Source of the DNA: Dictyostelium discoideum
Lineage: Eukaryota
Direction: 5' to 3'
DNA length: 64,000 nt
Assembly (NCBI GenBank): GCA_000004695.1
Contig: CM000152.2
Span: 2,848,001-2,912,000, forward strand
The notes beneath the pieces were generated by a model, which made no database searches, was not told where the DNA came from, and worked only from the letters and a program-made list of their open reading frames with translations. Below, in pieces: positions 33,385 to 47,928 of the stretch. The position numbers and the translations under genes were made by a program. The number at the start of each line of letters is the position of its first letter. Position 1 is the stretch's first letter.

Positions 33385-33629
33385 TATTGGAAAAAGAAAG
33401 TAATGGTGTACAAGAGATTGAAGATTCACCAAATCATCTTTCACTAAAAAGAAAACTTATGATTTTAGAGGAAATGGGTTTGATTTCTGATGATAATAAT
33501 AAAAATAATAATAATAATAGTATAGATATACCCAATAGTAATCGATTAAATCAAATACCTTCTTCTTATAAAACTTCACTCTATATTTGTTTATATCCAA
33601 TAGGATATGCCATTGATAATATATATAAA
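32772..33629 (+). CDS. N/Q-rich low-complexity protein gene, exon 1
   Basis: ATG ORF. GTAAAT donor at 33630, phase 0. Confidence 0.5.
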
Positions 33630-33758
33630 GTAAATATATATATAATATACATTATAGTAATTCATTTCTATTTATATACACCATAGTATCTCATTCCTTT
33701 TATTATTAACACATAATTCTATTTATTCACTTCCCCACCCGCTTCGAATAATAATTAG

Positions 33759-33878
33759 GACAAAATATTTACATATAACGATAAAATTTCAAAAGATTTT
33801 CTAAATTCAATCTCTCAAGGAAAACTAACACCATATATAATTAATATTTTAGATCAATTAAGTGAACAAAATGATCAA

Positions 33879-33962
<84 letters not shown>

Positions 33963-34256
33963 ACAAATAATATATATCAAAATTCAAATGAAATAACCTA
34001 TTATAATGGTTGTATTGTAGTTAATATTAAAGATTATAGAGGATTCGCAGAGAATGAACAAATAGCAAAAACCTTTAATAGTAAAAATATGAAACCCTAT
34101 CCAATCACTGTACCAATTGGTACATTTAAAGAATTTATAGAAAAAAGAATCATTTTAAAACCAACTATGGAATCATTACTTTTTGATATTAAAAAGAATT
34201 GTTCAACTTTAAATAATGATAATAAAAATAATAATATCAATAATATCAATAATATC

Positions 34257-34308
<52 letters not shown>

Positions 34309-34549
34309 TTAATATTAATAATAATAATAATATAAATAATTATTTGAATATTAAAGAATCAGAAATTGTTAATGAAGAATATTTATTAAATTTTGAAAAA
34401 TGTCTTTTACATGCAATTACACCTCAATTAGAATTGAGTGTAAACCCTAATTGTTTTTTTGATCAATTAGAAACTAAACAAAAGCAATTATATAATCAAT
34501 CACATTCTTTATTTTCATATAAAAGGTTTAAACCTTCTGATTTTATTGG
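33759..34549 (+). CDS. N/Q-rich protein gene, exon 2 (includes listed ORF 34089..34616)
   Basis: TAATTAG acceptor. The frame is open through a (CAA)n tract into the listed ORF (DKIFTYNDKISKDFLNSISQGKLTPYIINILDQLSEQNDQ..PITVPIGTFKEFIEKRIILKP). GTATGT donor at 34550. Confidence 0.45.
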
Positions 34550-34633
34550 GTATGTTAAATTTTATTATTATTATTATTATTATTTAAATCCAATACAAAA
34601 TAAAATAATTTACTAATAATTTTATTAAATCAG

Positions 34634-37193
<2,560 letters not shown>

Positions 37194-37885
37194 ATTTTTT
37201 AGCTTTTATTTTTTTTTTTTTTTTCACTTTTCCAAGGTTTATTTAATTTCTTTTTTTAAAATATTTTTTTTTTTTTTTTTAATAGGTCTATTTCCCTAAA
37301 TAAAAAGGCAGAAAAAAAAAAAATCCAATTATATATCTTAATTTATTATTATTATTATTATTATTATTTTTTTTTTTTTTTTTTTTTTTAATAATATCCC
37401 AATATTTTTTTTTTTATTTATTTTTATTTTTATTTTTTTTTTTTTTGGTCAAAAAGATATTATCAAAAATAAATTCAAGATCTTGATTGGATTTTTATTT
37501 TTTTATTTTTTATTTTATTTTTTTTTATTATTTTTTCTTTTTTTTTTTTTTTTACGAAAATAATCGAAAAGTGAGTGATGAATTAAAAAAAAAAATAAAA
37601 TAAAATAAAAATAAATGAATGTTAAAACAATTAGTTAATTTTAAAAAATTAAAAAAAATTAAAAAAAAAAAAAAAAAGATATATAATTTCAATATGTTGC
37701 TAAAAATTAAAAAAAAAAATAAAAAAAATAAAAAATCCAAATGGAAAGTGGATCTACGGTTTATTTCATTTCCAAAGTACTTATCTCTCTTGAAAATCAG
37801 TTGGAACGTTCGCTCTTTGATTTTTTTTTTTTTTTTCGGTTTTTTTATTTTCAAACCTAAATAAATTTATAAAATTTTTTTTTTT

Positions 37886-37923
<38 letters not shown>

Positions 37924-38532
37924 TTTCGTTTTTTTATTTTTTTTTATTTTTTTTTATTTTTTTTTATTTTTTTTTTATTTTTTTTTTGCAACTTTGGCAT
38001 TTATCTTTCTGTCTTTTTTTTTATCTTTATATCTTTTTTTTTATTTTTTTAAAAAAAAATTTTATTTAAATTAAATTTTTAATCCAAATTAATTTTTTTT
38101 AAAATTTAAAAAATAAAAAAAAAAAAAATCATAAACTTAAAAAGTAGTAGTTCTTGTAACACCCATATAATATACCAATACATATAAATTAAAAAAAAAA
38201 AATTAAAAAAAATAAGAAAATAAATAAAAAAAAATAATAATAAATTAATAAATAAAAAAATAAAAAAAAAAAGTTAAATTTGCATTATTTATAAAATAAT
38301 CAAAAAGGTCTTTTCTACAAAACCAAACCTTTTTTTAAATAGCGCCTTTCAAATAAAATATTTATTCATTTTTACCACACAACAAAAAACAACCACACAT
38401 ATATATTTTTTTTTTTTTTTTTCAAAAACGGTAAAATTTTTTTTTTATTTATATTTTCAACTTTAATATATTTTTTTTAAATTAATTAATTAAAAAAACG
38501 TTAGTAAGTAGATTTAATATATCTATTTTTTA

Positions 38533-38595
38533 TAATAATAATATAACAATAACAATAACAATAACAATAACAATAACAATAACAATAACAATAAT
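38533..38595. repeat. (AACAAT)n hexanucleotide repeat, ~10 units, upstream of the PP2C gene
   Basis: Direct reading. It produces the spurious CYCYCY ORF 38501..38731. Confidence 0.85.
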
Positions 38596-38852
38596 AATAA
38601 TAATAATATACTTTTTTTATTTGTTTTTTTTTTTTGTTTTGTTTATTTCTGGTCTTTTTTTTTTCAAATTTTTTTTTTTTCAAATTTTTTTTTTCAAATT
38701 TTTTTTTTTTGTTTTTTTTTTGACGATTCATATCTATTTTCCATCGAAATTAATCTAACTTTTAAAATTCATATTTCTTTTTTTTTTTTTTTTTTTTTAA
38801 TTGGATTGATAAAAAAAAAAATAAAATTAAAAAAAAAAAAAAAAAAAAAGAA

Positions 38853-40403
38853 ATGAATCAATTTAAATTAGTAAATTCTATAATTAAAGAAACTTTAACA
38901 AAGAGTAGTAATTCAGTATTATTAAAATCAAGTCAAAAGAATTGTAAAGTCTCAAGTGGAACTATTAATAATAACATTTTTAGAAATTCAAAATTTACAA
39001 CTTCCAATTTAACATTAACAACATCAACAACTTTAAATACAAAAAATTCAATTTTTAACTTTGAACAAAACAAAAAAACTTTAGGTTGTCTTTTATTTAC
39101 TACAACTTTTTTATTTAATTCAACAACAACAAATAACGATAGTATTAAAACTTTTTGTACCAATACTACAACTACTACAACAACAACAACAACAAATAAT
39201 AATAATAATAATAGTAATATAAATATAATGATTGATACAATGACTATAAATGATGCTAGTGCTGCTTCAACCTCTTCTACAGTTGCTGAAGATTGTCTAA
39301 GTACTACTATTGATGCTACAGCCACTATTACAGATACAACAACTAATCATAAAACATATGTAGATGAAGCAATGCAAGATAGAGAAATGAGAGATCAAAA
39401 TAATAATAGCAATGATGATAGTACAGATGAAATTAATAATATAGATAAAAATAAAAGTAATAATATAGATAAAGAAGAACAAGAGCAAGAAGAAGAAGAA
39501 GAAGAAGATAATACAAATACAAATATAACATCAGATGATGATGAAACAAATCAAATAATAAATAATATAAATAATATAAATAACTATAATAGTGAAGAGT
39601 GTATAGGTGGTGAAGGTAATTTTCATTTAAATTCTGGAGTTTGTGTTATTCCACATCCAAATAAAAGACATAAAGGAGGTGAAGATGCATATTTTATTAG
39701 TATAGATCAAAATGTAATTGGTGTTGCAGATGGTGTTGGTGGATGGGGTGATGTCGGTATTGATCCATCAGAATATTCAAATACATTAATGAAAGGTTCA
39801 AAGATTGGCGCCGACTCACAAAAAGTTGAACGTGATCCACTCATTATCATGGAACAAGGCTACCAATACGCCCAAGACGTCAAGGGTAGTAGCACATGTT
39901 GTATAGTGGTTTTATCAGCCACCAATAATATATTATCAGCAAATCTTGGTGATAGTGGCTTTTTAGTGATTAGAAATAATGAGGTTATCTTTAGAACTCG
40001 TGAACAACAACACGCTTTCAATATGCCATTCCAATTGGGTACTCAATCAATTGATCGTCCAATTCACTCTATAACCGCAAGTTTCCCAGCTGAGAAAGGT
40101 GATTTAATTATAATGGGTACTGATGGTGTTTTCGATAATCTCTTTGATGATGAAATCTTGGAAATCGGTGAAAAATATGATGACCCACAAATCATAGCAC
40201 GTCAAGTCGCTAAAAGAGCTTTCGAAGTTGGTTGTTCAACAACTATCTATACTCCTTTCGCTAAAAATGCTGGTCACAATGGTTACATTTATAATGGTGG
40301 TAAATTAGATGATATCACTGTAGTTGTAGGTTTGGTTGATGATGGTCCACTTAGACCAGTTAAACCAGATTTATTATTATTAGATGAAGAAGTTGCTCAA
40401 TAA
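38853..40403 (+). CDS. PP2C/PPM-family protein phosphatase (PPTC7-like), single exon, 516 aa
   Basis: PPM motifs GEDAYFIS..VADGVGGW, SSTCCIVVL, ANLGDSGFLV, IIMGTDGVFDNL and DDITVVV. A long low-complexity N-terminal extension. Confidence 0.85.
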   Translation: MNQFKLVNSIIKETLTKSSNSVLLKSSQKNCKVSSGTINNNIFRNSKFTTSNLTLTTSTTLNTKNSIFNFEQNKKTLGCLLFTTTFLFNSTTTNNDSIKTFCTNTTTTTTTTTTNNNNNNSNINIMIDTMTINDASAASTSSTVAEDCLSTTIDATATITDTTTNHKTYVDEAMQDREMRDQNNNSNDDSTDEINNIDKNKSNNIDKEEQEQEEEEEEDNTNTNITSDDDETNQIINNINNINNYNSEECIGGEGNFHLNSGVCVIPHPNKRHKGGEDAYFISIDQNVIGVADGVGGWGDVGIDPSEYSNTLMKGSKIGADSQKVERDPLIIMEQGYQYAQDVKGSSTCCIVVLSATNNILSANLGDSGFLVIRNNEVIFRTREQQHAFNMPFQLGTQSIDRPIHSITASFPAEKGDLIIMGTDGVFDNLFDDEILEIGEKYDDPQIIARQVAKRAFEVGCSTTIYTPFAKNAGHNGYIYNGGKLDDITVVVGLVDDGPLRPVKPDLLLLDEEVAQ

Positions 40404-40444
40404 ATTTAATTTTAATCATCATTTTTATATATTACTTTACGAAA

Positions 40445-40481
<37 letters not shown>

Positions 40482-41025
40482 AAAAAAAAAAAAAAAACCA
40501 TCAAAGAAATTTACAAAACTATATATAGGTTTTTTTTTTTCTTTTTTTTTTTATTTAAACCTTAAAAAAAAAAAAAAAAAAAATTAAAAAGAAAATAAAA
40601 AAAAAATAAAAAAAATAAAAAAATAAAAAAAAATTAATTAATTTAAAATAAGAAAAAAAAAATTAAAAAACTTTTTTTTGTTAATTATCTTTTTTTATTT
40701 TTTTTTTTTTTTATTATTTTTTTTTATTTATCTTTATCTTTTTTTTTTTTTTTTCAAAAAAAAATAAAATATTGACCAGTTTGTAAAATAAAATAAAATA
40801 AAATAAAATATGGGCAAAAAAAAAAAAAAACAGGGTAACACAGAAATGTTTTGGTTTTTTTTTTTTTTTTTTTTCACATCAAAAATAAAATAACTGTATA
40901 AATAAAATTAAACAAATTCTAAATAAAGTTTTACTTTTTTTTTTTATTAATTTTTAAAATTTTTTTTTATTTTTTATTTTTTTAGTTTTTTAAAATCGAA
41001 TTTACAAAAATTTGGATTATTATTA

Positions 41026-41897
41026 TTATTTTTCAACCAATTCTTTCCATTGATTTGATTCATCATCAAATTCAAAATGATGATCAATTGAAGAACCAAG
41101 TAATAATAAAATTGAATCATCAATATTTAATACACTTGCTAATGAAACCAATTGATAATTTTCTTTTTTATTCATATAATCATCAGCTTCATCACCTGCG
41201 AAAATTCTCCAACCAGAATCATTTGGAAAGGTTCCATTCTCTCTAAAGATGTAACCAATGTGTTCTTTATCAACCAAAATACGATTACTAACCAAACATA
41301 ATTGATCAAATAATTGTTTGATTGAACCTGGTACACAATCTAAATCTGGATGATATAATTGATTTGGTTGATTATAAATCGAGAGGATATTATAATCAAA
41401 AAATTCGATTCTATCACCCAATTTCAATGATTTCAATTGATATGGATTATTATCCAATAATCCAGTGAATTTAATTGAATTATAACTAAACTCATCCATA
41501 TTATTATTACTACTATTTGGACTTCTAAGACCACCACCACTTCCATTATTTGATTGACTATTTACAAGTTTATTCTTTTCATCTTTATGAATATTTTTAG
41601 ATGAAGATGAAGATGATGAACCATTTTCATTTTCTTCATCACCATTATTATTATTATTATTATTATTACTTCCATGGAAAATTTCAATACCTTGTTTTAA
41701 TGATTGACCACAACTATTACTACTGGCAATATCATTGTTTGAATCATAAAGACATAGATCAATAATCTCAACAAACATTCTCTCTGCTTGATTACCTTCA
41801 CTAAAAATTAATTTAACTAAATCACCTTGTTTTAAATTTAATATTTGTTCTCTACTTGGTAAAGAGAATGTATATTTAAATTCATTTCCTCTTGTTA
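41026..41897 (-). CDS. hypothetical protein, exon 2 (contains listed ORF 41026..41778)
   Basis: AAAAAAAG acceptor at forward 41898-41899. The frame is open upstream of the listed Met (VTRGNEFKYTFSLPSREQILNLKQGDLVKLIFSEGNQAER-MFVEIIDL..). The C-terminal half is conserved-looking and not low-complexity (GWRIFAGDEADDY..VLNIDDSILLLLGSSIDHHFEFDD). The family was not recognised. Confidence 0.55.
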
Positions 41898-41973
41898 CTT
41901 TTTTTTTTTTTTTTTTTAAATAAAAATGGAATGGGAAAAAAAGAAAGGAATAAAAAAAAAAAAAATTGGAAAG

Positions 41974-42006
<33 letters not shown>

Positions 42007-42067
42007 AAAAATTTAAATTAGTATTTTTATTTATTTTTTAAAAAATAAATATAAAAATTATACATAC

Positions 42068-42227
42068 CAACATTATCAATTGTGTAACCAATTTGTTGTT
42101 GTTGATTATTACTACCATTACTACTGCCACTATTGATAGAATTTGAGCTTGAGTTTAAATTCAATTTCTTTAATTCATTGATATTGATACCACTATTACT
42201 ATTACGCAAATTAACAGCACTATTCAT
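42068..42227 (-). CDS. hypothetical protein, exon 1 (MNSAVNLRNSNSGININELKKLNLNSSSNS..IGYTIDNVG)
   Basis: ATG ORF ending at a GTATGT donor (forward 42066-42067), phase 1, compatible with exon 2. Confidence 0.4.
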
Positions 42228-42465
42228 TGTTGGTGGCGAGGTAGTGGTTCACTTAATTTTTTCTATTATAAAATGATGTTTTTTTAATTTACTTTTTTTA
42301 TTTATATTTTTAGGGAAAATGATATTATTATACAACAGTTTTGTTTATTCTTTAAAATAATAATTTTTTTTATTATTTATGAAATTTTTTAATGAGTTTT
42401 TTTTTTTTTTTTTTTTCTCTTTTAAGATATTTATTTTTTTATTTTAATTTTTATTTTAATTTTTT

Positions 42466-42500
<35 letters not shown>

Positions 42501-42911
42501 CCTTATTTATTTATTTTATTTATTTATTTAAAGGGGTATTATTATATTATATATTATTATTTATTTGTTGGTTAATTATTATAAAAATGAAATTTAAAAA
42601 AAAAAAAAAAAAAAATTTTGGGTTTTTTTTCGTGTATTATTTTTTTTTATTTTTAATTTTTTTATTTTTATTTTTATTTTATTTTATTTTTTTTTTTTTG
42701 TAATTTAATTTATTTTAATATTTTTTTTTTTTCAGTTTTTTTCAGATAATATTTGATATTTTATTATAAAATTGACATGTGTCATGTGTGATTTATGTAG
42801 ATTCACATGTCAAATTTTTTTTTTAGTAGATTAACCCATTATCCTATCCTATTGTTACTTTTTTTTTTTTTTTTTTTTTTATTATCAATTTAAAATTTCG
42901 TCGAATTTGAA

Positions 42912-42942
<31 letters not shown>

Positions 42943-43025
42943 CATCATTTTTAAATTTAAAATTATTATTAGGTAAACAAATATTAAAATATACCTCAAT
43001 TGTCAAAGAAATTTTTAAATAGGGG

Positions 43026-43069
<44 letters not shown>

Positions 43070-43600
43070 AAACCTTAATTGATGGGTAAAAAAGAAATAT
43101 TATATCAAACACTATGAATAAATATTCAATTTTAACACATCAAATGAGTTTTAATAACCAAAACAAAAAAAAAAAAAATAAAAAAAAAAAATCATTCTTT
43201 TTTTAATATTTTATTTTATTCTTAATTTTTAAAATAGGTTGAGTTATTTTTAAAATTGAATTGTTTAAAAAAAAGGGGTTAAAAAATTATAAAATTGGAT
43301 TCATTGTATCTCCCATTGTTTTATATTGCCTTCAAACTTTTTTATTTTTTTATTTTTTTTTTTTTAATTAATTTTTTTTTAATTTTTTTTATTTTTTTTA
43401 TTTTTTTTATTTTCCTCCTTTTTTTATAATTTTTTTTTTTTTTTTTTTATAATTTATTTTTCTTTTTCTCACATTAAATATCTCCTTTTAAAAATAATTA
43501 ATTTTGGGATAGTATAATTTTTATTATTATTTTTAATTTTATCATTGCCATTACCCATATAATATTATTTTGACTGGTTATACTATCATATAAAAAAAAA

Positions 43601-43892
43601 ATGTATAATAATAGTAATAGTAATAATAATAACGGTAGTAGAAAAAGATCAAGCCCACCATTATATATAAATAATAATAATAGTGGCAATTATATATCAC
43701 CACCCTCTCCATTATCGCCAAAACAAACCAATAATTTTCTTTTTAATAATGGTGGTTTTAATTCATTTGAAAATCCTCAACAACAATCTCCTCCACAACA
43801 ACAACAACTTTTATTTACATCACCAATACCAACTAGACCACAAAATCTATATCAATACATCGATGAAAATGAATTAAATACAGGTTATAATA

Positions 43893-43970
<78 letters not shown>

Positions 43971-44905
43971 GTAATAATAATAATAATAGTAATAATAATA
44001 ATAACAACAAAATGATAACTACAACCACTACTACAACCACAAAATCAAATAATGACTATAAGAAGAAAATAAAAAAACAAATTAATTTTAAATTGGATAA
44101 TTTACATGAAAGCAGTGAAGAGGAAGAAGAGGAACAACAAGAAGAAGAGGAAGAAGAAGAAGAAAAAGAAGAACTAAATTATATTAATAATAATAATAAT
44201 AAAAATGATGATGACAATAATAGTCAAGATGAAGATAAAGAAGAAGATAAATACCATGAAACTAATACAGATTTTGGATTATTAAGTGTTGCATCAAAAG
44301 AGGATTTAATGATTTGTTTAAATGTTTTAAAAAAAGAAATGGGTCAATTTAAAAATTTATCTCAAAATTTATTATCAAGATTACAAATATTAGAGAATGG
44401 TATTGGTCAAGAGAAAATGATAAGATTATTAAATAATAATAATAATTATAATATGAATGGTAGTAGTGATAGTAGTGATAGTAGTAATAGTAGTGGCCAT
44501 AGTAGAAATAATTCTGATGAAAATATGATCGATTGTTATTATGTCACTAGAAATAATAATAATAATAATACCAATTCATTATTAATACCACCAGCACCAC
44601 CACAATTACAACAACAACAACAACAACAACAATTTTATAGTCAAGATGCAGTTATGATTTCAACATACCTTTTAGAAGTTCAAAAGATTGTTGAAAAACA
44701 AAGACAATATGATAGTTTATTAGCACAAAGAGAAAAGTATTGGGATATTGAATTAAATAAAATTACAATGGCAATTTTAAATAAACTTGGTCCAAATCCA
44801 TCAACAACTGTTGATTTACTAAATTTACCAATGAATAATATGAACATTAATAAAAATAATAATAGTAATAATAATAATAATAATAATAATCATAATTATA
44901 ATAAA

Positions 44906-44937
<32 letters not shown>

Positions 44938-46057
44938 TTTTTCAAATTTTAATAATGATGATTGCTTTTATAATAGTAATAATAGTTGTAATAGTGAAGA
45001 TTTTGATTCATTTACAGCATTAAATAATATAAATAATAGTATTATAAGGAATCAAAGTAGTAATAGTTTAAATTTAAAGGATGATTCAGAGGAAACAAAT
45101 TTCAATAGTTTAAAATCTAAAACAAATAATATCTTTAAAAGATTTTATATTTATTTATTTGGAACTAAAAAAACAATTACATTTTGGAAAAAAGTTGCAA
45201 TCATTGCTATCATTGTAATAGTATGGCCTTTAATTGCAAATTTAACTTATAAATTTATTGTTTATTTAATAAATAAAAGAAGATTAGCTAAAACTCAACC
45301 ATTTATAATTGGAAATAATAATACTAGTAATTATAATAGTTCAACTGCAATTGGTAAAAGTTTAAAACCAATTAAATCTTCAATTTTAGTACCTTCATCT
45401 TCATCATTACCATCTTCATCTTCTTCATCATCATCCACTTCTTCGTCATCCAATTTATTATTACCTTCATCAATTAATAATGGCACTAATGCATTTAAAA
45501 AGATTAAATCGTCATTAATGAAAAAGAATTCCGATATAAGTAGTGGTGTTGGTAATGTTGTTAGCAGTGTTGCAAGTAATGTTGTTGGTGGTAGTGGTTC
45601 AGGGGTTGGTGCACCTGATTTTGTAAAAGCATTTATCCAAGGTGTTAGTACTGGTGATGGTGGTTCAAATGATAATTTAACAAATAATGCATTATCATCA
45701 ATTACAAATACATTTGGAAATTTAAATACAGTTGCAAACTCTTCAATTGCACCATCTATTGGTTCAGGTTTAATTGGATCTTCTATTTCTCCATCCTCTT
45801 CATCCTCCTCTTCATCATCTGCTAATACAGCATCAAATATAATTAATAATTTTACACCATCAGCTTTAAGTCAACTTAATTTACCTGGTAGTTCATCATC
45901 ATCATCATCTTTTAGTAATCCTGTTTCTTCAATTGCTAATAATTTTATGTCTGATTCAAATAGATCACCATCATCATCCTCATCATCATCCTCAAGTACA
46001 AGTGATTCAGAGAATGGAATGTTAAAATTAGTTAGAAATTTATTAACTCATAGATAA
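43601..46057 (+). CDS. hypothetical N/S-rich protein with one predicted TM helix (818 aa), single exon
   Basis: ATG ORF with AT-rich flanks. The acidic block EEEEEQQEEEEEEEEKEE. Hydrophobic segment VAIIAIIVIVWPLIANLTYKFIVYLI. Ser-rich C-terminus. Confidence 0.55.
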
Positions 46058-46239
46058 ATAATAATATTAATAATAATTAATAATAATTAATAATAATTAA
46101 TAATAAAAACAATTCGAGTCATATTTATGATATTGGATATAGTAATAATATTTGCTTTATCATATCATAAATTTATATTTTATTTAAATAATTATTATTG
46201 GTTTTAATAAATTATTTGCATTTGTATTTTTTATTTTTT

Positions 46240-46608
46240 TTATTTATTGGGAGTATTGGTGGTGGTGGTTGTGGTATTATTTAATACAGAATTTGAAGAT
46301 GAGTTTACACTATTACTATTACTATTATTATTGCTATTATTATTATTATTATTATTTTCATTATTTTGATTTGATAATTCAGTAGAGATCGATAACTTAT
46401 CAGTTGAATTAGAAACACTATTTTCATTACTATTATTATTTGTAAAGCTCGAGTTTTCAAACTCTTCCAATTCTTCTTCCAACATTTTTTGTTGTTCAAT
46501 GAACCATGTTGGTAATTTATTTGGAAATGTTACTAAATCAACATCAAAGAGTTCAATAAATTGTTCATTCACATATCTTGTATTACTTTGACCACTAAAT
46601 GCTTTATA
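46240..46608 (-). CDS. PFA-DSP (Siw14-like) phosphatase homologue, exon 3
   Basis: TTTAAG acceptor. It begins YKAFSGQSNTRYVNEQFIELFDVD, which corresponds to the EY..F.....R..D..F.ELFD C-terminal motif of plant/fungal atypical dual-specificity phosphatases. An N/T-rich tail follows. Confidence 0.55.
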   Translation of the reverse strand, partial: YKAFSGQSNTRYVNEQFIELFDVDLVTFPNKLPTWFIEQQKMLEEELEEFENSSFTNNNSNENSVSNSTDKLSISTELSNQNNENNNNNNNSNNNSNSNSVNSSSNSVLNNTTTTTTNTPNK

Positions 46609-46746
46609 CTTAAATTAATTGAAATTAATATTTATAATTTTAAATAAAATTTATATATCATATATAGCTTAATAATAATAATAATAATAATATTAAATGG
46701 AATATAAAAAAAAAAAAAAAAAAAAAAAAGTAAATAATAAATTTAC

Positions 46747-46953
46747 CTCGACTAAAATTGAAGTAAGATTCCAATTTTGTAATCTTCTTAAACAACCAAC
46801 TAATACACCAGTTTGATGAACACCTGATGTACACGTTATCATAAGTGGATAATAATCATAATTTAAAACAATTTCTAAACATTCTTTAATGAGTTCATCT
46901 GTTAATGGTTTCCATGATATGTCAACTTTCCATGATTTTAATCCTAAATGAAT
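46747..46953 (-). CDS. PFA-DSP homologue, exon 2 (P-loop region)
   Basis: IHLGLKSWKVDISWKPLTDELIKECLEIVLNYDYYPLMITCTSGVHQTGVLVGCLRRLQNWNLTSILVE aligns with the PFA-DSP core ..[26 protein letters not shown].LTSI..E. The catalytic HCx5R is replaced here by TCx5Q. Confidence 0.6.
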
Positions 46954-47044
46954 CTAGTAATAATAATAAAAATAAAAATTATTAATAACATTTTAAATAA
47001 AATCAATTAAATAAATAAAAAAATAAAAATAAAAATAAACATAC

Positions 47045-47662
47045 TAAATTAATATTATTTTCTTGAAAAAAGCTTGAAACAGCTTTAATTGGTACTTCTG
47101 GTGATAATTGTACGACAGTTTTTAAACCTAATAATTTAATAAAAGGAAAGTTTGCAGGATATAATGAATTTGTTCTATATAATAAGGGTTCAATTGTACC
47201 AAAGAGAGCTGGTGGTGATAATTGTGGTGGACCACTTTGAATTAATGAATTTATATGAGTTTGTTGTATTAATTTTTGTTTTTGTTCTTCTTTTTTAACT
47301 TGTTGTTGTTGTTGTAATGTACTCGTTATAGTTTGTGGTATTGATTGTAATATTGATTGTGATTGTAATAATGGTGTTGTTGATTGTTGTTGTTGTTGTT
47401 GTTGTTGCTGCTGTTGTGGCTGCTGTGGTTGTTGTTGTTGTGGCTGTTGTGGCTGTTGTTGTTGTGATTGATTTTGTGAAGTTTTTGATTTTGATGGTGT
47501 TAATGGTACTTTATATATTTGTTGTTGTTGCTGCTGTGGCTGCTTCACATTTTGATTTGATACTATATTTACAGAAGATGAGGAAGTTTTTAAAATTTGT
47601 TCGGTTTCATTGTTATTATTGTTATTATCGATTTCACTATTTTCATTTGCGTTGGAACTCAT
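47045..47662 (-). CDS. PFA-DSP homologue, exon 1 (poly-Q N-terminus, then LYRTNSLYPANFPFIKLLGLKTVVQLSPE..FFQENNINL)
   Basis: ATG ORF. GTATGT donor at forward 47043-47044, phase 0. The end aligns with the PFA-DSP N-terminal core (FP..F.FL..LGI..I..L.PE). Confidence 0.55.
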
Positions 47663-47746
47663 TTATGTGATGGTATATATATATATATATATATATGTTA
47701 TGTATTATACAAAAGAAAAAAAAAAAAAATGAAAAAAAATGAAAAA

Positions 47747-47787
<41 letters not shown>

Positions 47788-47928
47788 CAAAAACTTTTTT
47801 TTTATGGTTTTCCATATGTTTAAATATCTATTCTGGTTAAATTAGTCTCTCGATTTTTTTTTTTTATAATTTTATAATTTTATTTTTATTTATTTTTATT
47901 TTATTTATTATTTTTTTTTACAAATATA

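Noticed and set aside
38501-38731. ORF with CYCYCYCY repeats
   Set aside because: It is a translation of the (AACAAT)n hexanucleotide repeat in intergenic DNA.
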